A stretch of 63,189 nucleotides of DNA from an uncultured Alphaproteobacteria bacterium (lineage in GTDB: Bacteria; Pseudomonadota; Alphaproteobacteria; RF32; CAG-239), in assembly GCA_944390895.1 (NCBI GenBank), contig CALXRQ010000006.1, positions 1 to 63,189 on the forward strand, given 5' to 3'. The notes under the pieces were generated by a model that worked only from the letters and a program-made list of their open reading frames with translations, ran no database searches and had not been told where the DNA came from. This document shows positions 19,700 to 28,342 of the stretch, piece by piece (the stretch's first letter is position 1; every line of letters starts with the position of its first letter). A program made the position numbers and the translations under genes.

Positions 19700-20608
19700 T
19701 TGACAATATCCAGCATGACGGGGTTTGCCCGGCAAAACGGAGAAAAGGCTTTCGAAACCAAAAGTTTCGGCTGGTTTTGGGAAATAAAAAGCGTTAACGG
19801 CAAGGCTCTGGACATTAAGGCCAAGTTGCCGCAGGCGTTTGACGGGCTGATGGGAATGCCGTTGAAGAACATTGCCGCCAGATATTTTGCGCGGGGCAGT
19901 TTCAGCGTTTATCTGGATTTGGAGGCTGTCGGCAGCAGCACCGAGGCTAAAATTGACGATGCCCTTTTGCAGAAACTGACGATTAAGGCGATAGAACTGT
20001 ATGAGAGTTTTCCCGACAAACTGCAGAAGCCGTCGGTCGGCGAACTGTTATCGCTGCGCGGCGTTTACGAAGCCGACGGCGCCGAGCTTAATGAGGCGGA
20101 AAATCAGGCATTGGCCGGGGCTTTGCTGGAAAGTTTTGAAGAAGGATGCCGTCGTTTGCAGCATGACCGGCAGGCCGAAGGCGAAAAAATGAAGGCCGCG
20201 CTGCTTGATATTCTGGATAAAATTGCTAATATAGTCGCAAAAGTTGAGGGAATCGCAGAAAGCCAGCCGGAAAGGCTTAAAGAAAAACTGTTGGCGCAAA
20301 TAGCCTCTCTGCTGGAGCCTTCCAACCAGATTTCTGAAGAACGTCTGGCTCAGGAAGTGGCCTTGTATGTGGCAAAAGCGGATATTCGGGAGGAAATCGA
20401 CCGGCTGAAAGCCCATCTGGTAACGGCGCAAAATCTGCTTAACTCAGGCGAAGCCGTAGGCAGAAGGCTTGATTTTTTGTGTCAGGAACTTAACCGCGAA
20501 GCCAACACGACCTGCTCCAAGTCCAGCGAAATTGACCTGACCAATTTGGGAATGTCTTTGAAGACCCTGATTGAGCAGTTTAGAGAACAAGTGCAGAATA
20601 TTGAATAA
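19700..20608 (+). CDS. yicC: YicC/YloC family endoribonuclease
   Basis: SMTGFAR, WEIKSVN, DIREEIDRL, GRRLDFLCQELNREANT, EQFREQVQNIE; TTG start after AAGGAG. Confidence 0.94.
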   Translation: MTISSMTGFARQNGEKAFETKSFGWFWEIKSVNGKALDIKAKLPQAFDGLMGMPLKNIAARYFARGSFSVYLDLEAVGSSTEAKIDDALLQKLTIKAIELYESFPDKLQKPSVGELLSLRGVYEADGAELNEAENQALAGALLESFEEGCRRLQHDRQAEGEKMKAALLDILDKIANIVAKVEGIAESQPERLKEKLLAQIASLLEPSNQISEERLAQEVALYVAKADIREEIDRLKAHLVTAQNLLNSGEAVGRRLDFLCQELNREANTTCSKSSEIDLTNLGMSLKTLIEQFREQVQNIE

Positions 20609-20621
20609 CAAAGGGGGAAGA

Positions 20622-21287
20622 ATGAATAATATTATTGACCGTTTAAAGAAAGTCCGCCGCGGCGCTATGTTTGTCATCGAGGGACCGTCGGGAACCGGCA
20701 AAGGCACCATTGCCAAGGAAATTCTGAAACGGGATCCGAACATTAAGTTTTCGGTTTCGGTAACGACACGCAAGCCCCGGCCGACGGAAAAAGAAGGCGT
20801 GGACTATTATTTCGTTACCAATGAGCAGTATGACGAGTTTTTGGCTCAGGACGCCTTTTACGAGCATGTAGATTCCCAATACGGCGACCGTTACGGCACG
20901 CTGCGTTCGGAAGTCGACAGCTTTATCAATGTGGGGCAGGATGTGTTGTTTGACATGGACTGGCTCGGCGCCCGTCAGATGAAAGAGAAAGCCAAGGACG
21001 ACGTGGTGACGATTTATCTGCTGCCGCCTTCGATTAAGGAGTTGCGCCAGCGTCTGGAAAATCGCGGTACCGACAGCAAGGAGCTGATTGACAAACGCAT
21101 GGCTTTGATTTTGGACAAGATGAGCCATTGGGACGAATTTGATTATGTTATTGTCAATGTCGACATTGAAGAAACCGTAACCAAAGTACAGAAAATTATT
21201 TCCGGGGAAAGAATGAAACGCGTGCGTCAGGTAGGGCTGAAACGTTTTGTTCATGAACTGGTCAAGGAAGTCAACGGGGATGAGTGA
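20622..21287 (+). CDS. gmk: Guanylate kinase
   Basis: GPSGTGKGT, SVTTRKPR..E..GVDYYF, YGT; follows yicC. Confidence 0.96.
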   Translation: MNNIIDRLKKVRRGAMFVIEGPSGTGKGTIAKEILKRDPNIKFSVSVTTRKPRPTEKEGVDYYFVTNEQYDEFLAQDAFYEHVDSQYGDRYGTLRSEVDSFINVGQDVLFDMDWLGARQMKEKAKDDVVTIYLLPPSIKELRQRLENRGTDSKELIDKRMALILDKMSHWDEFDYVIVNVDIEETVTKVQKIISGERMKRVRQVGLKRFVHELVKEVNGDE

Positions 21288-21774
21288 CGTTTTTTATGAC
21301 CGTACCGGCAAGCCCAAATATGCCGACAATGTGATTCCGGTCAGGCAGAAGGGGTATTTTGCCATTTTGCTTAAGGACGGCAAGGTGCTGGTCACTTATC
21401 CGCCGCAAGTCGATGTGCCGGAGTTTCCCGGCGGTTCGGTTTCAAGGCGCGAAGATTTCCGCAAATGTCTGTTTCGCAAGCTTTATGAAGAAACAGGCAT
21501 TGAATTTATGTTGGATTACGGAACAAAAGAGTTTCATCAGGAGATAAATTATTTTGCCGATGACGCGCGGCCTTTCGGCGAGTATTGCGTTTATGACATG
21601 ACATTTATCGTCTACGATGCTTCTTCTTACGGTTTCGACACCGGCGTCGAGCCGTGGAAAACGCCGGAGAACGGCACTGCAGCCTGGGTAGCGGTCGAAG
21701 ATATCTTTTCGGGAAAAAACAAGGTGAATTATACGCACTGGCAGGCGGTGCAGGCTTTGTTCAAACAGGACTAA
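21280..21774 (+). CDS. NUDIX-family hydrolase
   Basis: FPGG-x5-E-x7-RKLYEETGI (Nudix box with RE changed to RK). Confidence 0.75.
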   Translation: MSDVFYDRTGKPKYADNVIPVRQKGYFAILLKDGKVLVTYPPQVDVPEFPGGSVSRREDFRKCLFRKLYEETGIEFMLDYGTKEFHQEINYFADDARPFGEYCVYDMTFIVYDASSYGFDTGVEPWKTPENGTAAWVAVEDIFSGKNKVNYTHWQAVQALFKQD

Positions 21775-22334
21775 CGGGTCAGTTCGGACAGGGATTCCCT
21801 TTGCAGGCGGCTCATGGAACGATAAACCAGAGCCGCGTTTTTGTTGGCGCCGGGAACGCCGAGTTCGGCAGCGTGGCGGTAGAGGTTAAACGCCTCGATC
21901 AGGTTTTGACGCACACCGACGCCGCGGGCGTTCATCCAAGCTAAAATTTCTACCGCCCGGGCATCGTTGTCTGCAACGTGTTTGTTGATTTCTTCCAGTT
22001 CAACCGGCGTTACGCGGTTTTCTTTAACGGCTCTGACGGTGTCTTCCCATTTTTTTACGGCTGCCAGCCGCGCCTGTTCTTTTATCTGCCGTTCGTCAAT
22101 GAGGTTGATGGTCTGATTTTTTTTGATTCCGGCCGGCTGCGGCATAACGGACTTCAGTTCGTCTTCGAACAAAAGTTCGGGCTGATTGCGGTTTTTTACA
22201 AAAATCGGCAGATAGCCCTGATTGTCGTCGCGGATGATTTCGCGATAAAGTTCATCCAAACTGGCGGCGTAAGCCGGCAGCGATACGGAGAGCATAATTG
22301 CAGAACCAAAAATTAATTTTAGGTATTTGTTCAT
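21771..22334 (-). CDS. Secreted Sel1-like repeat protein
   Basis: Signal peptide (…PAYA) and LAWMNARGVGVRQNLIEAFNLYRHAAELG Sel1 motif. Confidence 0.75.
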   Translation of the reverse strand: MNKYLKLIFGSAIMLSVSLPAYAASLDELYREIIRDDNQGYLPIFVKNRNQPELLFEDELKSVMPQPAGIKKNQTINLIDERQIKEQARLAAVKKWEDTVRAVKENRVTPVELEEINKHVADNDARAVEILAWMNARGVGVRQNLIEAFNLYRHAAELGVPGANKNAALVYRSMSRLQRESLSELTR

Positions 22335-22433
22335 TTCTTTATTTTATGTTTTTAAAACTTATGTTAATAGTAGCTAAGACTTGAGATTAATTAAAGATTT
22401 AATTGACCTTTATGAACATTTTAGAGGCACAAA

Positions 22434-23357
22434 ATGAAGAACATTTACAATTCCGTCGCCGAACTTGTCGGCAAAACGCCAATGGTCAGGCTTTCTAAGC
22501 TGGCCAAGAAGCACAAGGTAAAAGCGCACCTGCTGGCCAAATGCGAGTTTCTTAATCCGCTGGGGTCGGTTAAAGACCGCGTTGCTTTGAAGATGATTGA
22601 AAAAGCCGAAGAAAACAAACAGATTAACAACGATACGGTTTTTGTGGAGGCGACCAGCGGCAATACGGGCATCGGTCTGGCCGGTATTTGTGCGGCCAAA
22701 GGCTATAAACTGGTGATTACCATGCCGGAAAATATGACCAAGGAACGGATTATGCTGATGGAGCATTTCGGCGCGGAAGTGATTTTGACGCCGGCCGAAG
22801 ACGGAATGAAAGGCGCGATTGCCAAGGCGGATATACTGGCCCAGAAAAATCCCAACGTGATTCTGCTGCGCCAGTTTGAAAACGAGGCTAATCCGGATGC
22901 ACACCGTTTCGGCACCAGCATTGAGATTTTGGAAGACACCGGCGGCGATGTTGACGTCTTGGTCAGCGCGGTGGGAACTTCCGGCACTCTGACCGGCATT
23001 GCCTCGACCCTGAAAACCAATAATCCCGATCTTTATGTCGTGGCGGTCGAACCCGCTGCCAGTCCGGTTTTGAACGGCGGACAACCGGGACCGCATAAGA
23101 TTCCGGGCATCGGTGCAAACTTTGTGCCGCCTTTTTATGACAAATCGCTGGTCAGCGAAGTTGTGGACGTCAGCAACGAAGAAGCTCTTGAGATGTCAAA
23201 CGAAGTCGGTGCGCTGGAAGGTTTGAGCGCAGGAATTTCTGCCGGCGCGGCGCTGGCTGCGGCGGTAAAAATCGGCCAGCGGCCCGAGTTTAAGGGAAAA
23301 AACATTGTGGTTATCATTCCCGACGGGGTGGATAAATATTTGTCGATGATGATATGA
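22434..23357 (+). CDS. cysK: Cysteine synthase A
   Basis: NPLGSVKDR, EATSGNTGIGLA, GTSGT, HKIPGIG. Confidence 0.95.
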   Translation: MKNIYNSVAELVGKTPMVRLSKLAKKHKVKAHLLAKCEFLNPLGSVKDRVALKMIEKAEENKQINNDTVFVEATSGNTGIGLAGICAAKGYKLVITMPENMTKERIMLMEHFGAEVILTPAEDGMKGAIAKADILAQKNPNVILLRQFENEANPDAHRFGTSIEILEDTGGDVDVLVSAVGTSGTLTGIASTLKTNNPDLYVVAVEPAASPVLNGGQPGPHKIPGIGANFVPPFYDKSLVSEVVDVSNEEALEMSNEVGALEGLSAGISAGAALAAAVKIGQRPEFKGKNIVVIIPDGVDKYLSMMI

Positions 23358-24295
23358 CGATGGCTGATATGTTGTTTGATAAAGTTGCTATTATCGGAAT
23401 CGGCCTGATCGGTTCTTCTTTGGCAAGAGTGATTAAGAACGACGGGCTGGCGGCAAAGCTGGTCTGTTTCGACGCTAATCGCGGTTATATGGAAAAAGCT
23501 CTGGAACTCGGAATTGTCGACGCCTGCGCCGGGAGTGCGGCCGAGGCGGCCAAAGACGCGGATCTGGTGGTCTTGTCGACGCCGGTCGGTGCGTATGGTG
23601 CCATTACCCGCGAGATTGCGCCGCATTTGAAAGTCGGTGCGATTGTTACCGACGTGGGATCGGTTAAAAAATATTCCCTGCAGGAAATCGAAAGCAATCT
23701 GCCTTATGACAACGGCGTAATTGTTGTGGCCGGACATCCGGTGGCGGGTACGGAAAAATCAGGACCGGAAGCCGGGTTTTACGAATTGTTTGCCGACCGC
23801 TGGTGTATCCTGACACCGTCGTCGCGCTCAACGCCGGAGGCAATTGAGAAAGTCAGCGCCATGTGGCGGTCCGCCAAAATGCGAATCGAAACCATGTCAC
23901 CCGAGCATCATGACAAGGTTATGGCGGCAGTGTCGCATCTGCCGCATCTGATTGCTTTTTCGATCGTGGGAACGGTAGCTGATCTGGAAGGATATGAGCA
24001 GCAGGAGATTATTAAATATTCCGCGTCGGGTTTTCGTGATTTTACACGCATTGCCGGTTCCGATCCGACCATGTGGCGTGACATTCTGCTCAATAACAAA
24101 ACAACGGTTCTGGAACTGATACAGCGCTTTGTCGAAGATTTGATCGCGCTGGAACGGAATATCCGCTGGAACGAAGGCGACAAGTTGTTCGAACTTTTTT
24201 CACGTACGCAGAAAATCCGCAAAGAAGTAATTGAGGCCAGGCAGCATCTGCCGGAAGCCGAAAAGCGGCTGCTGTCGGAAAATTTGAAAAACTGA
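23354..24295 (+). CDS. tyrA: Prephenate/arogenate (cyclohexadienyl) dehydrogenase
   Basis: IGIGLIGSS, TDVGSVK, GHPVAGTEKSG, HD..SHLPHL, SGFRDFTRIAGSDP.MWRDI. Confidence 0.93.
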   Translation: MTMADMLFDKVAIIGIGLIGSSLARVIKNDGLAAKLVCFDANRGYMEKALELGIVDACAGSAAEAAKDADLVVLSTPVGAYGAITREIAPHLKVGAIVTDVGSVKKYSLQEIESNLPYDNGVIVVAGHPVAGTEKSGPEAGFYELFADRWCILTPSSRSTPEAIEKVSAMWRSAKMRIETMSPEHHDKVMAAVSHLPHLIAFSIVGTVADLEGYEQQEIIKYSASGFRDFTRIAGSDPTMWRDILLNNKTTVLELIQRFVEDLIALERNIRWNEGDKLFELFSRTQKIRKEVIEARQHLPEAEKRLLSENLKN

Positions 24296-24356
24296 TTGCC
24301 TAATTGTTTTTGCTGGGCTAAGTTAAGCGCAAGATTAACCGAAAAAAGAATGTGAA

Positions 24357-25466
24357 ATGAAGCCGAATTCAATTTTGGGAAGATATCTGTCCAAGCAGAT
24401 AATTTTTAATTTTTTTGCCGTACTGCTGATGGTATTGGGCGTGGTGCTGCTGTTTGAAATGGTGGAACTGCTGCGCAAGGCTTCGGGACGCGATGACGTG
24501 TCTTTCTGGTTTCTGCTGGAAATTGCCGTGACCAAAATGCCCCGGACGCTGGATATGATTTTCCCGTTTGTGATGATGATTGCGGCAATGACGACTTTTT
24601 GGAAAGTCAGCAAGACCAACGAGTTTGTCATTATCCGCGCGGCCGGCGTTTCCATCTGGGGTTTTATGACGCCGGTGCTGGCGACGGTTTTTGTGCTGGG
24701 CGCGCTGAATGTGGCGTTGGTCAATCCGATTGCCGCCAGAATGTATGAGCTGTATGAAACGCTGGATTATCGTTTTGACACGCGGAATCCGAATGCTGTG
24801 CTGTTTTCCGAGCGCGGTTTGTGGACAAGGGAGGCGGTTAACGAAAATACGTTTCAGGTAATGCAGGCCAAATCTGCCCGGCAGGAGAACGACGGTTCCC
24901 TGTTTCTGCGCGACGTTTCCATTTTGGAGATGAATCGCAAGTCGCAGCCGGAGCGCCGAATCGAAGCTTTTGCCGCAACGCTGAAGGACGGTTATTTTGA
25001 TTTGAAAGACCTTAAGATATATGAGGCCGGCAAACCGACCCAGATATTAAATCATCTGGAATATAAGACGGCACTGACGGTTGACCGCATTAAGGAAAAC
25101 TTTATTGAACCCGAGGCCATTTCTTTCTGGGATTTGCCGGGAACAATTCGCTTTTACGAAATGTCCGGCTTCTCGGCACAAAAGCATAAGCTGCGTTATC
25201 TGTCGCTGCTGGTTTCTCCCTTTTTGCTGTGCGCCATGGTCTTGGTGGCGGCTGTTTTTGCCCTGCGCCCGAACAACCGGCGCGGCGGTGTCATGTATTT
25301 GATCGTGGGCGGCATTTCTACCGGTTTTCTGGTTTATTTCCTTTCGCAGCTGATTTATGCCTTTGGTCTGAACGGCACCATTCCCGGCGTTTTGGCGGTA
25401 TGGACGCCGACCCTGATTGCGACGCTGATATCGGTGTCGGTGCTGCTGCATTTGGAAGACGGTTAG
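24357..25466 (+). CDS. lptG: LPS export ABC permease, LptG/LptF family
   Basis: 3 TM + periplasmic domain + 3 TM; EFVIIRAAGVSIW; C-terminal LLHLEDG. Confidence 0.85.
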   Translation: MKPNSILGRYLSKQIIFNFFAVLLMVLGVVLLFEMVELLRKASGRDDVSFWFLLEIAVTKMPRTLDMIFPFVMMIAAMTTFWKVSKTNEFVIIRAAGVSIWGFMTPVLATVFVLGALNVALVNPIAARMYELYETLDYRFDTRNPNAVLFSERGLWTREAVNENTFQVMQAKSARQENDGSLFLRDVSILEMNRKSQPERRIEAFAATLKDGYFDLKDLKIYEAGKPTQILNHLEYKTALTVDRIKENFIEPEAISFWDLPGTIRFYEMSGFSAQKHKLRYLSLLVSPFLLCAMVLVAAVFALRPNNRRGGVMYLIVGGISTGFLVYFLSQLIYAFGLNGTIPGVLAVWTPTLIATLISVSVLLHLEDG

Positions 25467-25594
25467 AGAAAATCTGTCCGGCGGGGTATCTGATGCGGGA
25501 ACGGTGAATAATTTGCCCGGTTAACAGATAAAAAAATGCTGGATTTTTAAAAAGTTTTCTGTTATATGTCTTTACAGAATTGATAATATTAGAT

Positions 25595-25622
25595 GAGGCG
25601 GGGTCAGAAACCCCGCTTCTTT
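25595..25622 (+). promoter_or_regulatory. rimP leader hairpin (terminator-like)
   Basis: GAGGCGGGGT-cagaa-ACCCCGCTTC followed by TTT, just upstream of the rimP RBS. Confidence 0.65.
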
Positions 25623-25638
25623 CGTAAGGAAACAGGAT

Positions 25639-26157
25639 ATGCAGGTTAAACACCAGTTACAAGATTTGTTAGAGCCGGTTATCGAAGGCTTGGGTTATGA
25701 GATGGTGCGGATTATGACAATCGGCCAGAAAAACCCGACCCTGCAGATTATGATTGACCGCAAGGACGGCAAAGATATTACGGTTGACGACTGTGCTACG
25801 GTCAGCCGCAAAATTTCCGAGGTCATGGATGAAAAGGATCCGATTAACGACCAGTATTCTCTGGAAGTCAGTTCTCCGGGACTGGACCGGCCTTTGACCA
25901 AGCCCGAACATTTTAAACGTTTTCTGGGCTATGAAACCAAAATCGAGACAAGTACGGAAGTTTCCGGCCGCAAACGTTTTAAGGGAAAAACGCTTGTTGT
26001 TGACGATGAAAATAACATTACGGTCAATATGGACGGTCAGGAATATGTGATTCCGTTTGCCGAAATAAGCAAAGCCAAAATTGTTTTGACAGATGAGCTG
26101 CTGGCGGAATATATGGCGGCTCATGCCGATGACGAACCTGTTGAAATTGAAGAATAG
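25639..26157 (+). CDS. rimP: Ribosome maturation factor RimP
   Basis: ITVDDCA.VSR, YSLEVSSPGLDRPL, GRKRFKG. Confidence 0.96.
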   Translation: MQVKHQLQDLLEPVIEGLGYEMVRIMTIGQKNPTLQIMIDRKDGKDITVDDCATVSRKISEVMDEKDPINDQYSLEVSSPGLDRPLTKPEHFKRFLGYETKIETSTEVSGRKRFKGKTLVVDDENNITVNMDGQEYVIPFAEISKAKIVLTDELLAEYMAAHADDEPVEIEE

Positions 26158-26188
26158 TTTAATAAAATAATTAATCAGAGGACTAAAA

Positions 26189-27736
26189 ATGCAAAATATC
26201 GAAAGTATGCCAAGACCTGAAATTATCTTAGTTGCCGATACGGTGGCCCGCGAAAAAAACATTGAGCGCGACGACGTGTTGGAAGCGATGGAAATTGCCA
26301 TTCAGAAAGCCGGACGTTCAAAATACGGTTTTGAACATGATATCCGCGCGCATATTGACCGCAAAACCGGCGCCATTACTCTGGCCCGTTACCGCGAGGT
26401 TGTCGAATCCGAAGACCAGGTCGAGAACGAGGTTACGCAGATGACTTTGGCTCAGGCAAAAGCTTATGATAAGAACATCAAAGCCGGCGAATTTATTATC
26501 GACAATCTGCCGCCGATCGACTTCGGCCGCATTGCCGCCCAAACCGCCAAGCAGGTTATTGTTCAGAAGGTTCGCGATGCCGAACGCAACAAACAGTATG
26601 AAGAATACAAGGAAAAGGTCGGCACGATTGTCAACGGTACGGTCAAACGCGTTGAGTTCGGCAATGTGGTTTTGGATATCGGCAAGGCCGAAGCGGTTTT
26701 GCGCCGTGACGAAATCATTCCGAGAGAAAAGTTCAAAAACGGCGACCGGGTTCGCGCTTATGTTCTGGAAGTCCGCAAGGAGAACAAAGGACCGCAGATT
26801 TTCCTGTCACGCACCTGTCCTGAGTTTTTGGCCAAGCTGTTTACTTCCGAAGTTCCGGAAATTTATGACGGCATTGTCAAAATCGTTGCCGTTTCCCGCG
26901 ATCCGGGCTCCAAGGCCAAGATTGCGGTTAAAACCGATGACGTGACCGTCGATGCGGTCGGTGCCTGCGTCGGTCTGCGCGGCATTCGCGTTCAGGCGGT
27001 GGTTACCGAGCTGCAGGGCGAAAAAATCGATATCGTTCCCTATTCGGAAGACAAAGCGCAGTTTATTGTGGCGGCGCTGGCTCCGGCTGAGGTTACCAAG
27101 GTGGTTTTGGATGAAGAAAACAACCGTATTGAAGTTGTGGTTCCGCAAGAGCAGTTCTCTATTGCCATCGGCCGCCGCGGCCAAAATGTCAAACTGGCTT
27201 CCCAGCTTATCGGCTGTGACATTGACGTCTTGACCGAAGAGCAGGAACAGGAGCGCCGCTCCAATGAAAACAAAGTCCGTTCGCAGCGCTTTATGGAAGC
27301 TTTGGACGTTGACGAAATGATTGCGCATCTGCTGATTGCCGAAGGTTTCTCAAATGTTGACGAAGTGGCTTTGGTTCCGTTGTCCGAACTGGCGGAGATC
27401 GAAGGTTTTGACGAAGACGTTGCCAAAGAGCTGCAAGCCCGCGCCAAAGCTTTTGTCGAAAAACGCAACAAAGAATTTGAAGAGAAGAGCAAATCTTTGG
27501 GTATTGACGACAAAATCCAGGAGATTGAAGGTCTGGACCGTGACATGATTTTGACTTTGGCCAATGCCGGGGTCAAAACGGTTGATGATTTGGGCGACCT
27601 TGCAACCGATGAACTGATTGAAATTCTCGGTGAAAACACCATTTCGGTAGTCGAGGCCAACAAAATCATCATGGCTGCGCGTGCACACTGGTTTGAAGGC
27701 GAAGATGAACAGCCGGCAAACGGAGACGCCGAGTAA
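26189..27736 (+). CDS. nusA: Transcription termination/antitermination factor NusA
   Basis: FGRIAAQTAKQVI, S1 and KH domains, AIGRRGQNV, C-terminal acidic HhH repeats. Confidence 0.98.
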   Translation: MQNIESMPRPEIILVADTVAREKNIERDDVLEAMEIAIQKAGRSKYGFEHDIRAHIDRKTGAITLARYREVVESEDQVENEVTQMTLAQAKAYDKNIKAGEFIIDNLPPIDFGRIAAQTAKQVIVQKVRDAERNKQYEEYKEKVGTIVNGTVKRVEFGNVVLDIGKAEAVLRRDEIIPREKFKNGDRVRAYVLEVRKENKGPQIFLSRTCPEFLAKLFTSEVPEIYDGIVKIVAVSRDPGSKAKIAVKTDDVTVDAVGACVGLRGIRVQAVVTELQGEKIDIVPYSEDKAQFIVAALAPAEVTKVVLDEENNRIEVVVPQEQFSIAIGRRGQNVKLASQLIGCDIDVLTEEQEQERRSNENKVRSQRFMEALDVDEMIAHLLIAEGFSNVDEVALVPLSELAEIEGFDEDVAKELQARAKAFVEKRNKEFEEKSKSLGIDDKIQEIEGLDRDMILTLANAGVKTVDDLGDLATDELIEILGENTISVVEANKIIMAARAHWFEGEDEQPANGDAE

Positions 27737-27741
27737 TAAAG

Positions 27742-28311
27742 ATGAGTGCTGCGGAGGAAAGAAAGTGTATTGTTTGCGGTGAAGTTACGGAGAAGGATGA
27801 GCTTCTTCGCTTCACGGCAGCGCCCGACGGGCAGGTTGTTCCCGATTTTAAGAAAAAACTGCCGGGGCGCGGGGTGTGGGTCAAATGTTCCAAAACGACC
27901 CTGCAAACCGCCGTTGACAAAAATCTTTTCTCCAGGGCTTTTAAGAAAGCCGTGAAGGTTGACGCTTCTCTGGTGCAGACCGTTGAGGAACTGCTGCGCA
28001 AAAGAGGTTTGGACGCCGTTTCCCTGGCTCGCAAGGCCGGTGTTTTGATTACCGGTTTTGAGAAAGTCAGCGAAGCGGTCAAGAAAGGCAAAGTTGCCTT
28101 TGTCTTGGAGGCAAAAGACGCCGGTGCGGACGGTCATAACCGGATTATGCTGCTGGCAAAGGATTTGGAAGTTTTCAGAACTTATGAAATTGAGGAGTTG
28201 GATAAGGCATTAAATAAGGTAAATACGGTTCATGCCGCTTTTTTGAAAGGCGAAATGGCAAAAGCAGTCCGCAATGAGTTTTCAAGGTATGAGAACTTTT
28301 TAAATTCTTAA
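27742..28311 (+). CDS. ylxR: YlxR (DUF448) fused to an L7Ae-like RNA-binding domain
   Basis: ERKCIVC...LLRF...PGRGVWV followed by LARKAG...GFEKV. Confidence 0.85.
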   Translation: MSAAEERKCIVCGEVTEKDELLRFTAAPDGQVVPDFKKKLPGRGVWVKCSKTTLQTAVDKNLFSRAFKKAVKVDASLVQTVEELLRKRGLDAVSLARKAGVLITGFEKVSEAVKKGKVAFVLEAKDAGADGHNRIMLLAKDLEVFRTYEIEELDKALNKVNTVHAAFLKGEMAKAVRNEFSRYENFLNS

Positions 28312-28342
28312 AAAAGACAGAGAGTAAAGAGAAGGAATTATA

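Noticed and set aside
19615-19872. N-terminal ORF-track extensions (SDR; likewise rpsF, nrdB, gmk, fdxA and ORF 35147)
   Set aside because: They overlap neighbouring genes, leaders or terminators; better-supported starts lie downstream.
24323-24338. TTAA...TTAA upstream of lptG (and a similar one at 22387-22402)
   Set aside because: The spacer is 8 nt, not the 7 nt of a CtrA box.
27742-28311. YlxR-L7Ae fusion as a novelty
   Set aside because: This fusion between nusA and infB is usual in Alphaproteobacteria.
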